The translations under genes and the position numbers were made by a program. A stretch of DNA of 23,039 bases from Gemmatimonadota bacterium (GTDB taxonomy: Bacteria > Latescibacterota > UBA2968 > UBA8231), in contig JAYOYH010000011.1 of NCBI GenBank assembly GCA_038153405.1, positions 1 through 23,039 of the forward strand, read 5' to 3'. The notes beneath the pieces were generated by a model. The model searched no databases. It was not told the origin of the DNA and was given only the letters and a program-made list of their open reading frames with translations. Below, piece after piece: positions 7,972-17,102 of this stretch (positions are counted from its first letter, which is position 1; every line of letters begins with the position of its first letter).

Positions 7972-9297
7972 TTATTTCCAGTGCGCAGATAGCTTTTTAT
8001 GTGTAAAGGCACGCGCCGATTCGCCTTCGTAGGAGGCGACCATATGGCCGTGCCCCTCGAGCACGTACTTATAACTCGTCAGTCCCTCTAACCCAACCGG
8101 CCCGCGGCTGTGCAGTCGGTTGGTGCTGATACCGACCTCTGCGCCTAGACCGTAGCGAAAACCGTCGGCAAAGCGCGTCGAGGCGTTGTGGACGACGGAG
8201 GCCGAATCGACCCGATTTAAAAATGCCTTGGCGGCCACGCTGTCTTCGGTGACAATACTGTCGGTGTGATGGCTGCCGTAGCGATTTATGTGCTCAACGG
8301 CCTCCGCCAGGTCGTCGACGACGCGCACGGAGAGGATGTAATCGAGGTACTCGGTGCGCCAATCTTCCTCGCTGGCGCTTGCGGCCAGACAATCGGCTGG
8401 CAACGCCTGGCGTGCGCGCTCATCGAGGCGCAGCTCGACGTTTTTTGCACGCAGGGCTGCGGCGATGGGCGGCAGGGCTGCGGCTGCGATATCGGCGTGC
8501 ACCAATAGCGTTTCGGCGGCATTGCACACCGAAACGTACTGTGTTTTCGAATCGACGACGATATCGACGGCCCGATCGATATCGGCCGCCCGATCTACGT
8601 AGACGTGGCAAATGCCGTCGGCGTGGCCCATGACGGGGATATTGGTATTGTTCATGATGTACTGCACGAATTCGTTGCCGCCGCGCGGAATGATCAGGTC
8701 GATATGCTCGTGTTCATCGAGCAGCGCGCGCACTTCCTCGCGTCCTTCCAACAGCGCCATCCACTGCTGGGGAATCTCCGCCAGACCGCGCGTGGCCTCG
8801 ACCATGACTTCGGCCAAAACCGCATTCGTGCGCGCGGCCTCGCGGCCACCTTTGAGTAGGGCGGCATTGCCCGATTTCAGGCACAGGCAGGCGATCTGCA
8901 CCAGCGCATCCGGGCGCGACTCAAAGATCACGCCGAGCACGCCAATGGGCACGCTGATCCGATAGAGGTTCAGTCCCTCGTCTAACTCCGTGGCCGACTG
9001 CGTCTGTCCGAGCGGCTCCGGCTGACCGATAATGCTGCGCACCATTGCCACGGTCGAGGCGTACTTGTGCCCACTCAAATCCAACCGCTTGAGCAGAGGC
9101 TCGTCCAACTCGCCGCGCGCCACCATCTGCTCGGCTTGCTCGACGTCGAGCGCATTGGCAGCTAAAACCCGTTCGCACTGTGCTTCCAGCGCCGCAGCAA
9201 TGGCCTCCAGCGCCGCATTGCGCACTGCCCCGGAGGACACGGCCAACTGCTGCGCGGCCGCGCGCGCCGCCTTTGCCATCTCTGCTACGCTGGCCAC
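7972..9297 (-). CDS. proA: Gamma-glutamyl phosphate reductase (glutamate-5-semialdehyde dehydrogenase)
   Basis: [98 protein letters not shown]. The GTG at 9297 lies just after the htpG stop, with GAGG upstream. Confidence 0.96.
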   Translation of the reverse strand: MASVAEMAKAARAAAQQLAVSSGAVRNAALEAIAAALEAQCERVLAANALDVEQAEQMVARGELDEPLLKRLDLSGHKYASTVAMVRSIIGQPEPLGQTQSATELDEGLNLYRISVPIGVLGVIFESRPDALVQIACLCLKSGNAALLKGGREAARTNAVLAEVMVEATRGLAEIPQQWMALLEGREEVRALLDEHEHIDLIIPRGGNEFVQYIMNNTNIPVMGHADGICHVYVDRAADIDRAVDIVVDSKTQYVSVCNAAETLLVHADIAAAALPPIAAALRAKNVELRLDERARQALPADCLAASASEEDWRTEYLDYILSVRVVDDLAEAVEHINRYGSHHTDSIVTEDSVAAKAFLNRVDSASVVHNASTRFADGFRYGLGAEVGISTNRLHSRGPVGLEGLTSYKYVLEGHGHMVASYEGESARAFTHKKLSAHWK

Positions 9298-9298
9298 C

Positions 9299-11209
9299 CT
9301 AGGCCTCTTCGGCATAGCGACTCGATGCCGCTTCCATAATGCCCTGTAGCGTGCGCGTCACCCGCTGCGGATCTTCGACCTTTCCCTCGCCCAGCAGCAC
9401 ATAGTCGACCAGCATATGCGCCCAATCTTTTAGCTGTGCGGCATTGCGATCGCGCTTTAGAAACGCCGCCATGTTTTTGACGATGGCGTGGTTCGGGTTA
9501 ACCTCCAGCACGCGCTTGGATCCCTCAAATTGGCGATCGGCCATTTTCATCAAGCGCTCCATATTGTGGCTCATACCGCCCTGCGCCGTTACCAGCACGC
9601 AGGGGCTATCGCTCAGCCGCTTTGACTCGACCACATCGGAAACGCGCGCTTCGAGCTGCTTTTTGAGGAAGTCGATCAATTCGATGCGCTCGGCCTTGTC
9701 GTCGTCCCCGACCCCATCCAGCTTTACGCCATCGTCATCGCCCAAATCAATATCGGCCGCATCGATGGCCTGCAGCTCCTTGTCGGCAAACTTCTGCAGC
9801 GAGTTGACTACCCATTCGTCGACCGGCTCGTCGAGGTAGAGCACTTCCAACCCTTTTCTGCGGAAGGCCTCGAGCAGCGGGCTCTGGGCAATGGACCGGT
9901 AGTTATCCCCCGTCAGATAGTAGATTTTCTCCTGCTCACTGCCCATGCGATCGACGTAGGTCTGCAGCGAAACAAACGAATCATCGCCATCTTCCAGCGA
10001 CGATCGATAGCGCAATAGGCCGGCTAGTTGGTCTTTGTTTTCAAAGTCCATGGCGATGCCCTCTTTGAGGACCGTGCCGTAGGCACGCCAGAACGTCATG
10101 TACTTTTCCTCATCCTTCTTGGCCATGTTCTCTAGCATGCCCAAGATGCGCCGGACCAGCGTTGAGCGGATCTTGGCGATTACCGGGTTGCGCTGCAGAA
10201 CCTCGCGCGAGACGTTGAGCGGCAGATCGTCGCAGTCCACTACGCCGCGCACAAAGCGCAAGTGCAGGGGCAACAGCTCTTCGCAATCATCCTGAATAAA
10301 CACGCGCTTGACGTGCAGATTCAGCGAAATTTTCGGCTCCGGGTTGAATAGGAATTGAGCCGGCGAACTCTTGGGTATGAAGAGCACGGAGTAGAACTGG
10401 ATTGGCACGTCAACGGCGATGTGCTCGCGGGCCAACGGCTCGTCTCCGTCGCCTGTCAGGTGCGTAAAAAACTCGTTGTACTGCTCATCGGTGATCTCGT
10501 TGCGCGGCCGCGTCCACAGCGCCGAGGTGTTGTTGGCCTGCTTGCCGGCCACTTTGATCGGATAGGAAACAAAATCGGAGTGCCTGCGAATAATGCCCTC
10601 CAAGCGATGCGCGTCTAAAAATTCTTCGCAGTCGCTGCGCACGTAGATCTTGATCTCAGTCCCGCGCTCTTTCTTGTCTGCCGTGGCCAGCGTGTAGGTG
10701 CCGTCCCCCGTCGATTCCCACATGACGGCTTCGGCGTCACTCTCGGCCGATCGCGTCGTGACGACCACGCGGTCGGCGACCATAAAGACCGAATAGAACC
10801 CAACGCCGAATTGGCCGATCAACTTGAGCTGCTGTTCCTTGTCCTCGTCTTTGACTGTGCTGAGCTTTTTGACGAATTCCGCCGAGCCCGAGTGGGCAAT
10901 TGTACCGATGTTTTGGTTTACCTCATCGCGCGTCATGCCAATGCCCGTATCGCGCACTGTAATGGTCTTGCTGTCTTTTGATATATCGATTTGAATTTCC
11001 AACTCGGCATCCGCGTCGACAATGCCTTTGTCGGTCAACGCGCGGTGATGCACCTTGCCCAACGCGTCGGAAGCATTTGAAACGAGCTCGCGCAGAAATA
11101 CATCCTTATCCGTATACAGCGAGTGTATCAGCAGGTGAAGTAGCTGCTGAACTTCTGTCTGAAATGCGCGTTCCTCGACGCCCGACCCCTCTTGCGTGTC
11201 CGCATCCAT
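9299..11209 (-). CDS. htpG: Molecular chaperone HtpG (Hsp90)
   Basis: FQTEVQQLLHLLIHSLY, FLRELVSNASDA, DTGIGM, GTIAHSG, IGQFGVGFYSVF, LPLNVSREVLQ, LEVNPNH. AAGGAG RBS upstream. Confidence 0.98.
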   Translation of the reverse strand: MDADTQEGSGVEERAFQTEVQQLLHLLIHSLYTDKDVFLRELVSNASDALGKVHHRALTDKGIVDADAELEIQIDISKDSKTITVRDTGIGMTRDEVNQNIGTIAHSGSAEFVKKLSTVKDEDKEQQLKLIGQFGVGFYSVFMVADRVVVTTRSAESDAEAVMWESTGDGTYTLATADKKERGTEIKIYVRSDCEEFLDAHRLEGIIRRHSDFVSYPIKVAGKQANNTSALWTRPRNEITDEQYNEFFTHLTGDGDEPLAREHIAVDVPIQFYSVLFIPKSSPAQFLFNPEPKISLNLHVKRVFIQDDCEELLPLHLRFVRGVVDCDDLPLNVSREVLQRNPVIAKIRSTLVRRILGMLENMAKKDEEKYMTFWRAYGTVLKEGIAMDFENKDQLAGLLRYRSSLEDGDDSFVSLQTYVDRMGSEQEKIYYLTGDNYRSIAQSPLLEAFRRKGLEVLYLDEPVDEWVVNSLQKFADKELQAIDAADIDLGDDDGVKLDGVGDDDKAERIELIDFLKKQLEARVSDVVESKRLSDSPCVLVTAQGGMSHNMERLMKMADRQFEGSKRVLEVNPNHAIVKNMAAFLKRDRNAAQLKDWAHMLVDYVLLGEGKVEDPQRVTRTLQGIMEAASSRYAEEA

Positions 11210-11288
11210 CTCAGCATAACTCCTTGATTATAAAAGCTTAATAATGAGGGCTATTTGCTTTTTGCCCGTTTTTTTGTATAAGATTCTA

Positions 11289-11316
11289 AATGTAAGGAAG
11301 ATGCTCTCTTTGGCAA
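11289..11316 (-). promoter_or_regulatory. Possible sigma70 promoter of htpG
   Basis: Minus strand TTGCCA-N16-TACATT in an AT-rich divergent intergenic region. Confidence 0.4.
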
Positions 11317-11370
11317 GATAGGTCTACACGGCTTATCTTCCCAGCCTCGTCTCTACAACACGGCACGCAT

Positions 11371-12612
11371 TTGGCAGATTACGACCTCATCATCGTCGGC
11401 GGCGGTCCCGCCGGAGCGGCGGCGGCCCTCTACGCACAGCGCCACGCCCTGCGCACCCTGCTCGTCGACAAAGCGCACTTTCCACGCGACAAGGTGTGCG
11501 GCGACGCCGTGTCGGGCAAGAGCGTGGCCATGCTCGCAGAACTGGGCCTGTTAGACGAAGTGCGCGCGCTGCCCGGCGCGCCCGTCGACCACATTGTCTT
11601 TGCCAGTCCGGACCACACCGAAGCCCGCATTCCGCTCGACCGCTACCCGCTAACGGATCTGATGACCGGGCGCACGCTCCCCATGGAGGGCTTTGTCATT
11701 CGCCGCCAAGTCCTTGACGACTTTCTCTTTCAAAAAGCCAAGGCAAACGCCGCCGACTGCCGCGAGGGATTTGCAGTGGAAGACCTGCTGTGGGAAGATG
11801 GACGGGTTTGTGGCATACGCGGCACGGACGCAACGGGAACGCGCTCCGAATGGACTGCTCCACTGGTGCTGGGCTGCGATGGCTATCGCTCCATCGTCGC
11901 GCAAAAAGCCGGCCTTTACAAGCACGAAAGCGCGCACTGGATGGTGGCGCTGCGCCAGTACTGGCAGGGCGTCAGCGGCCTCACAGACCAGATCGAGCTG
12001 CACTTTATCGACGAAGTGCGACCGGGCTATTTCTGGATATTTCCGGTCGATGCGCAGCGCGCAAATATCGGCATCGGCATGGGACATAACGAAATCAAAA
12101 CACAGCGCATCAACCTCAAGCAGATGCTAGCCAACGCCATCGCCAGCCCGGCCTTTAGCACGCGCTTTGCCGGCGCGCAGCCAATCGAAGAGCCCGTGGG
12201 CTGGAATCTGCCCGTCGCCTCTAAGCGCCGCACGATCTACGGCGACGGTTTTCTCCTGCTCGGCGATGCGGCCAGCCTTATCGACCCGTTTACAGGCGAA
12301 GGTATCGGCAATGCATTTTACTCGGCGCGCAGCGCCGTTGAAACGGCGCTGGCCGCGCGCCAGTCCGGCGATTACAGCGCGGCCTTCTTACGGCGCTACG
12401 AAGACCAGCTGTGGCAGACATTGGGCAACGAGCTCAAGCTCAGCACGCAGCTGCACCAGCTGGTGCGCAACCGCGGGCTGACCAACTTCTTGGTGCGCAA
12501 AGCCGCGCGCAGCGAGTATATGAGCGATCTCATCTGTGGCATGATGGCCAACGCCGTGCCGCGCAAGCACCTGATCAACCCGCTGTTTTACTTCAAACTG
12601 CTCTTTAAGTAG
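11371..12612 (+). CDS. Geranylgeranyl reductase family FAD-dependent oxidoreductase
   Basis: YDLIIVGGGPAG, FPRDKVCGD, GCDG.RS.VA, PGYFWIFP, ANIGIG, LLLGDAASLIDPFTGEGIGNA. TTG start. Confidence 0.9.
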   Translation: MADYDLIIVGGGPAGAAAALYAQRHALRTLLVDKAHFPRDKVCGDAVSGKSVAMLAELGLLDEVRALPGAPVDHIVFASPDHTEARIPLDRYPLTDLMTGRTLPMEGFVIRRQVLDDFLFQKAKANAADCREGFAVEDLLWEDGRVCGIRGTDATGTRSEWTAPLVLGCDGYRSIVAQKAGLYKHESAHWMVALRQYWQGVSGLTDQIELHFIDEVRPGYFWIFPVDAQRANIGIGMGHNEIKTQRINLKQMLANAIASPAFSTRFAGAQPIEEPVGWNLPVASKRRTIYGDGFLLLGDAASLIDPFTGEGIGNAFYSARSAVETALAARQSGDYSAAFLRRYEDQLWQTLGNELKLSTQLHQLVRNRGLTNFLVRKAARSEYMSDLICGMMANAVPRKHLINPLFYFKLLFK

Positions 12613-12618
12613 CGGGCG

Positions 12619-13425
12619 CTAAATCGTCGTCGACAGGAAACCGCCGTCCACGCGCACGTCCGTTCCGGTAACAAAGGCGCTAGCCCTATGCGAGGCCAAG
12701 AACACCGCCGCACCCACCAGCTCTTCGGGCGCGCCAAAGCGATCCATGGGCGTATGGGCGAGAATCTGCCGGGCGCGCTCCGTCGGCGAGCCATCTTCTT
12801 GGTAGAGCAGGCGGCGGTTCTGCTCTGCCGGAAAAAAGCCCGGCGTAATGGAATTGACGCGCACACCGCGCGTGGCCCATTCGCGCGCCAGAAATTGAGT
12901 TAGACTAAATACGGCCGCCTTGGCTGCCGAGTAGGCCACCACGCGCGAAGGCGGGATATGCGCGGCGATAGAGGCAATATTGATGATGCTGCCTCGACCG
13001 CGCGAGGCCATCGCCGGACCAAACTCCTGGCAGGGCAGCAGCGCGCCGCCGACCAGATTCAGATCAAAGCAGGCGCGCCAATCGCCCAGCGCGATGTCTT
13101 CGAAAGACAGCCCGTCCGTCACGGTCACCTGCGGCTGGTTGCCCCCGGCAGCATTGACCAACACATCGACCGCACCCAATTGCTGCTGAAGCGCTGCGTG
13201 CGCGGCCTGTAGCGAAGTGGAGTCGGTGGCATCGCAGGCAAAAAAAGCCGCCGTTCCGCCGGCTTCTGCAATTTCGCGCACCCGCTCCTGGCCCCGCTCT
13301 TCGCTGCGCCCCAGCACGGCTACCTGCGCTCCGTGACCCGCTAGTCCGCGCGCAATTGCACCGCCCAATACGCCCGTTCCACCGATGACGACGGCCACTT
13401 CTCCGCTCAAATCAAACGCGTTCAT
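12619..13425 (-). CDS. SDR oxidoreductase resembling SDR-type D-mannonate oxidoreductase / gluconate 5-dehydrogenase
   Basis: VIGGTGVLG, VNAAGGNQP, NIAS, catalytic YSAAK, VNSITPGFFPAEQNR, ILAHTPMDRFG, VDGGF. Confidence 0.88.
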   Translation of the reverse strand: MNAFDLSGEVAVVIGGTGVLGGAIARGLAGHGAQVAVLGRSEERGQERVREIAEAGGTAAFFACDATDSTSLQAAHAALQQQLGAVDVLVNAAGGNQPQVTVTDGLSFEDIALGDWRACFDLNLVGGALLPCQEFGPAMASRGRGSIINIASIAAHIPPSRVVAYSAAKAAVFSLTQFLAREWATRGVRVNSITPGFFPAEQNRRLLYQEDGSPTERARQILAHTPMDRFGAPEELVGAAVFLASHRASAFVTGTDVRVDGGFLSTTI

Positions 13426-13440
13426 GCCATTTTCTTTCGC

Positions 13441-14169
13441 CTAGTATCCCAGCGCCCTTGCCACTACGCCAATCGCCCCGCCAAATACATTGCCCCATAC
13501 AATAAGCCAGCCGAGATGCTCGCGTATGACCTCTTCCATCATTTCTTTTACGCGCTCCGGCGTTAACTCCTCGAGCTTGGCCGTCAGCAGTTCATCGACT
13601 TGGGTGCGCAGTGCCCCAACTTCGATGCCGGGCTGCGCAAGTTCGGCAGCCAGCAGCGGTGCGACCTGCTGCCCAACGCCTACCACGAACTGCACGACCA
13701 GCGGCTTGACCGTCTTGGCGCCGACCATCTTCACCATCATGCCCTGCGGAGAATTCATTAGCTCTTCCAACTTTGCATCGATGATGGCGTCGACTTGGTC
13801 CGACTCGAGCAGGGCCCTGACCTTCGCCGCTAGGTCACCTCCTGAGGTCAGCGCGCTCATGCGCTGGTCGAAAAAGCGCGCCAGATAGTCTTCGTCAAAG
13901 AAGTAGCGCATAATGGAATCTTTGACCGTCTGGCGAATCTCGCGAAAGCGGTTGGGAATGACGCCAGATCCGTAGAGCAGCGGCACTCGATCGAAGAGCA
14001 TCTTGACGGCCAACCAGTTAGTCAACCCGCCGGCAAAGCCAAATAGGCCAGCGGCCAGCAGCCACTCGCTGCCCGGCGTGCTCTGGCTGCGTCCAATCAG
14101 CCCCAAAACCAATAGGACAAAAGAGATTAGATTGCTGACGTTGCCTTTTTCCCAAAAGCGTTTGTGCAT
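13441..14169 (-). CDS. DUF445-family membrane protein
   Basis: GLFGFAGGLTNWLAVKMLF..VP.LYGSGVIP near the N-terminus and EHLGWLIVWGNVFGGAIG at the C-terminus. ATG 14169 has a GGAG RBS. Confidence 0.82.
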   Translation of the reverse strand: MHKRFWEKGNVSNLISFVLLVLGLIGRSQSTPGSEWLLAAGLFGFAGGLTNWLAVKMLFDRVPLLYGSGVIPNRFREIRQTVKDSIMRYFFDEDYLARFFDQRMSALTSGGDLAAKVRALLESDQVDAIIDAKLEELMNSPQGMMVKMVGAKTVKPLVVQFVVGVGQQVAPLLAAELAQPGIEVGALRTQVDELLTAKLEELTPERVKEMMEEVIREHLGWLIVWGNVFGGAIGVVARALGY

Positions 14170-14186
14170 GATGTACTCCACGCGCA

Positions 14187-15275
14187 CTACAGCGAAGTGC
14201 GATTTTGTTTCTTGTCCTCGTGGCGCTGCAGCGCTAGCGCGATCAATCGGTCGATCAACGCGCTGTACGATAGACCGCTGGCCTCCCACAGTTTGGGGTA
14301 CATACTTATCGGGGTAAAGCCAGGCATGGTATTGATTTCGTTGATGTAGATGCGCTCGTCTTGCCGACCGACGAAGAAGTCGACGCGGGAAAGGCCCCAG
14401 GCCTCGACTGCGCGAAAGGCGCGCACCCCCATAGCGCGCACCTTCTCGGCTACTTCCGGGGCAATGCGCGCCGGAATGTGCAACGCCGAGTTGTCGTCCA
14501 CGTACTTGGCGCGATAATCGTAAAAGGCATTACTCGGCTCGATCTCACCAGCGATAGAAGCCTGCGGATCTTCGTTGCCCAAGATGGCGACCTCCACTTC
14601 GCGACAGTCGACCGCCGCTTCTTCAACCACGACCTTGTAGTCATAGTGCGCCGCTTCCTCGATACTGGCCTGCAAAGCGCGGCGATCTGCGGCACGCGAA
14701 ACGCCTACGCTCGACCCGAGATTGGCCGGTTTTACGAAGAGCGGCCAGGCGAAGCGCATGCACAATTCGTCGAGGATCTGTTCGCTCTCGCGGCGCCAGC
14801 GGCTGCGGCGCACCACCGCATAGTCCAGCTGCGGCAGGCCCTCGGCTGCAAAGGCGCGCTTCATCATCTCTTTGTCCATGCCTACGGCCGAACCGACAAC
14901 GCCAGCTCCCACATAGGCGATATCCGCTAGTTCCAACAGACCCTGCACCGTTCCATCTTCGCCATATGGGCCGTGCAATATGGGAAATACTACATCTAAT
15001 TCTCGCGCGACCGCACCCGGCGCCACGAGTTGGCGCCCACCCCAATAGTCCAAAGACACCGCAAGCAGCCCCCGCTCCTGTACCTCCGCGGCCGTCGACA
15101 TGTGTTGTGCATCATCACATATCAACCAGCGCCCCTCTTTGGAGATGCCGACCATAACCAGTTCGTATTTGTCGCAATCGATGGCCGCCAGCATTGAACG
15201 CGCCGACACAACCGATACTTCGTGCTCGGCCGAACGGCCGCCAAAGAGCACGCCCACGCGTATTTTGCCTCCCAT
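14187..15275 (-). CDS. ddl: D-alanine--D-alanine ligase
   Basis: LFGGRSAEHEVS, FPILHGPYGEDGTVQG, MDK, FVKPANLGSSVG, FYDYRAKY, EINTMPGFT..SMYP. GAGAGGA RBS upstream. Confidence 0.96.
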   Translation of the reverse strand: MGGKIRVGVLFGGRSAEHEVSVVSARSMLAAIDCDKYELVMVGISKEGRWLICDDAQHMSTAAEVQERGLLAVSLDYWGGRQLVAPGAVARELDVVFPILHGPYGEDGTVQGLLELADIAYVGAGVVGSAVGMDKEMMKRAFAAEGLPQLDYAVVRRSRWRRESEQILDELCMRFAWPLFVKPANLGSSVGVSRAADRRALQASIEEAAHYDYKVVVEEAAVDCREVEVAILGNEDPQASIAGEIEPSNAFYDYRAKYVDDNSALHIPARIAPEVAEKVRAMGVRAFRAVEAWGLSRVDFFVGRQDERIYINEINTMPGFTPISMYPKLWEASGLSYSALIDRLIALALQRHEDKKQNRTSL

Positions 15276-15356
15276 AGAATCCTCTCACAATGGCGTTTAT
15301 CCGACCGTACAATCGCACCTAGGTTAGCTGGGCGCGGCGTTTGCACGGACCGTTCC

Positions 15357-15385
15357 AATATAGGAGCGAGGCGCTCCTATGTCGA
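15357..15385 (-). promoter_or_regulatory. Putative sigma70 promoter of ddl with a perfect inverted repeat across its spacer
   Basis: Minus strand TCGACA-N17-TATATT. The inverted repeat ATAGGAGCG-agg-CGCTCCTAT spans 15360-15380. Confidence 0.5.
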
Positions 15386-15489
15386 GTTAAGAGCACGCTT
15401 CGGAGGACGTTGCATCGGCGCCACAAATTGCGTATCTACTCAGCACTTTGGCCCACAAAACGATCCCTAATAACCGAGGAGAATAGACT

Positions 15490-16302
15490 ATGAAATACCG
15501 CTACGCCGAAATGATCTGGAGCGAAGTGCGCGATGCGGCACAAGCCGATCGCGTGGCCGTGCTGCCCGTGGCTACGTACGAGGACCACGGACCGCACCTG
15601 CCCGTGGATACCGATGTCGTTCTGTGCACGGGCATCTGCGAACGAGCCGTAGCACGCGTTCCCCAACAGGCCGTTCTCGTTCCAGCTGTAGCGCACGGCT
15701 ACAGTCCACATCACATGGATTTTCACGGCACCCTGACCATCGAGTGGGACACGTTTATCCGCTACGTCAAAGACGTGTGTTGTAGCCTGGCACACCACGG
15801 CTTCAAGCGCATTCTCATCGTCAACGGGCACGGTTCAAACGCTTCGCCTCTCGACCTGTCTGCGCGGCTGACCATACTCGAGTACCGCGGATCCATTCTG
15901 TGTGCATCCGTCAACCACTGGGATCTCCGCATCGCCAAGGAAGTCGGCGCCCGCGAGCGCGAGTCCGACTACGGCGGCACCTCCCACGGCGGCGAGTATG
16001 AAACCTCGCTTTATCTCGCGCTCAAACCCGAACTGGTCGAAATGGACAAAGCCATCGACGAGCGCTCTCCGCTTTCACCCAGCTTTCGCACGGATTTGCT
16101 GGCCGGCAAACACCCGCAGGGTTCGGCCGCGCGCATGGTTCCCTATTGGAGCGCGCAGACGGCCAGCGGCGTGATGGGCGATGCGACAAAAGCTAGCGTC
16201 GCCAAGGGCGAGAAATTTCTCGCCGCCGCCGTCGACGGCCTGGTTGAGTTGATCGGCGAACTGCGCGATCAGGCCATCCTGCCGCGCCGCGACCAGCACT
16301 AA
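15490..16302 (+). CDS. Creatininase-family amidohydrolase
   Basis: Metal-binding motifs EDHGPHLPVDTD, SPHHMDFHGT, VNGHGSN, HGGEYETS, SGVMGD. GAGGAG RBS upstream. Confidence 0.92.
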   Translation: MKYRYAEMIWSEVRDAAQADRVAVLPVATYEDHGPHLPVDTDVVLCTGICERAVARVPQQAVLVPAVAHGYSPHHMDFHGTLTIEWDTFIRYVKDVCCSLAHHGFKRILIVNGHGSNASPLDLSARLTILEYRGSILCASVNHWDLRIAKEVGARERESDYGGTSHGGEYETSLYLALKPELVEMDKAIDERSPLSPSFRTDLLAGKHPQGSAARMVPYWSAQTASGVMGDATKASVAKGEKFLAAAVDGLVELIGELRDQAILPRRDQH

Positions 16303-16306
16303 GGGC

Positions 16307-16900
16307 ATGAGCACAAAAAAAGGCATCTATTGTCTGGAAGTCGGCGAGTGGTTCGGCTCGCTGCAGGGGCGCCACTCCGTCGAACCCATTTTGCAACTGC
16401 TGCGCGATTCGCCGCTGGCCGTGCCCTTTATCCACCGCGACATCGCCACTGAAGTCGAGTTGCGCTACTACCTGCGCAAATGGACGCAGGGGCGCCAGCG
16501 CAACTACCCCATACTCTACCTGGCCTTTCACGGCAGCCCCGGCTCCATTCACTTATTCAACGAAAATGGTCGCCTGACCGAATTTGCAATCGACGAGCTA
16601 TTCGATGTGCTCCATGGCCGATGCGCCCGGCGCGTTATTCACTTTGGCGCCTGCAGCGTCCTCGACATGCATGGCAATAGAATAAACCGCTATCTGCGCA
16701 CTACGCGCGCCGCCGCCATATCGGGCTACCGGGCAGAAGTCGACTGGATTGATTCAGCCGCTTTTGAAACGGCCTACCTAGCTCAGCTTCAATATGGCCT
16801 ATTTACCTATAGCGGCTTACACGGCATTGAGCAGCGCGTTGCCAAACTCATGCCGCACCTGCTGCGCACTCTCGAATTCAATATCAAGATTGCGCGATAG
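16307..16900 (+). CDS. DUF6642-like protein with a caspase/CHAT-like His-Cys signature
   Basis: IYCLE..W, IHRDIAT..EL.YYL, ILYLAFHG, VIHFGACS, AISGY...VDW. It starts 4 nt after the previous stop. Confidence 0.72.
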   Translation: MSTKKGIYCLEVGEWFGSLQGRHSVEPILQLLRDSPLAVPFIHRDIATEVELRYYLRKWTQGRQRNYPILYLAFHGSPGSIHLFNENGRLTEFAIDELFDVLHGRCARRVIHFGACSVLDMHGNRINRYLRTTRAAAISGYRAEVDWIDSAAFETAYLAQLQYGLFTYSGLHGIEQRVAKLMPHLLRTLEFNIKIAR

Positions 16901-17102
16901 TCAGCTCAACGACGCGGTCGACGTCCGTTCAATGCGCTCTACACAGTCATTTTACCGAGCGAAGCGCCCGCGCCGATAGTCGATTGACGCAGTGCCACAG
17001 ATGGGAGAGATTACGGGACAGCGCGCTGTCCGCCCCAATGGCGCGGGCGGCTCTTGCAATAAAATACACCTTTGGGCGCAGGAACTGCGCAAGGAGAAGC
17101 GC

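Noticed and set aside
11210..11370. CIRCE (HrcA) heat-shock operator upstream of htpG
   Set aside because: No TTAGCACTC-N9-GAGTGCTAA match on either strand.
14187..15275. Possible Van-type D-Ala-D-Lac ligase
   Set aside because: The omega loop reads FYDYRAKY, typical of D-Ala-D-Ala ligases, and no vanH/vanX/vanRS neighbours are present.
15490..16302. Mycofactocin peptidase MftE / RiPP cluster
   Set aside because: The creatininase fold fits, but no precursor peptide, RRE protein or radical SAM gene is in the window.
16992..17102. N-terminal extensions given by the ORF track (here, and for the DUF445, ferredoxin, AKR, proA and lipoprotein ORFs)
   Set aside because: Downstream starts have better RBSs or coupling, match family N-termini and avoid long overlaps.
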